This document shows, piece after piece, positions 63,706 through 64,000 of a DNA stretch of 64,000 nt. Positions within the stretch are counted from its first letter, which is position 1. Every line of letters begins with the position of its first letter. Position numbers and translations under genes: made by a program. A model generated the notes under the pieces. It ran no database searches, had not been told where the DNA came from, and worked only from the letters and a program-made list of their open reading frames with translations. The stretch covers positions 1 to 64,000 of the forward strand of contig JAUCBJ010007556.1 of the NCBI GenBank assembly GCA_032718475.1, in the 5' to 3' direction. The stretch comes from Nemertoderma westbladi. Lineage: Eukaryota > Animalia > Xenacoelomorpha.

Positions 63706-64000
63706 CGACGGTCTGTCGACGTTAGGCTTCCCGCGTGAGTGAGATAGACGTCCCTGAAAACGCTAAGTCCCGCTCCCGTGAAAACTTCGCAGTGCGCATT
63801 GGTGTTATAAAAGGGTTGGAGAAATCGTCGGAATACATCAGTATGCGTCCTTCCTCCATCGTAAAAGGTATGTCCTTCACCGAGACATAACGGATGTCGC
63901 TTTAAAGTCCTAGACACTACATCGGCGATGAAGCAAACGTTGACCGAAAATTCTATCGCCAAGTAGTATTGTAAGATTATTTGCGGAGGTGAAGTAATCG

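Overview
Repeat-rich animal (invertebrate) nuclear DNA with GT-AG introns; the taxon cannot be fixed from the sequence. Host genes, all on the minus strand: the first three coding exons of a CDKL5-like kinase (11263-9232; the rest is not visible), an intronless ubiquitin-like/4-TM orphan ORF with a heptad-repeat tail (25831-27231), an intronless SLC35D-type nucleotide-sugar transporter (29106-30035) and MED29/intersex (54193-54857), whose conserved C-terminus lies in the -1 frame. Two satellites fill about 23 kb. One is an 8.1-kb 21/17-bp array built from the kinase exon-3 splice-donor junction; the other is a 14.6-kb 35-bp array. The rest is mostly mobile DNA: L2-, CR1- and RTE-like LINE fragments, three TIR elements with 5-, 5- and 7-bp TSDs, MITEs/HINEs, and an LTR-like retroelement with a zinc-knuckle accessory ORF and a recurrent 20-bp hairpin. 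Best candidates for something new: (1) a type I hammerhead ribozyme nested between the A and B boxes of a tRNA-like head, with an 83-bp inverted copy starting next to the predicted cleavage site (46090-46370); (2) the roughly 400-copy splice-donor satellite; (3) direct evidence that the abundant TAGGCCTA/TACCGGTA motifs arise as TA-duplicating insertions. All family assignments are from motif recognition only, with no database searches.
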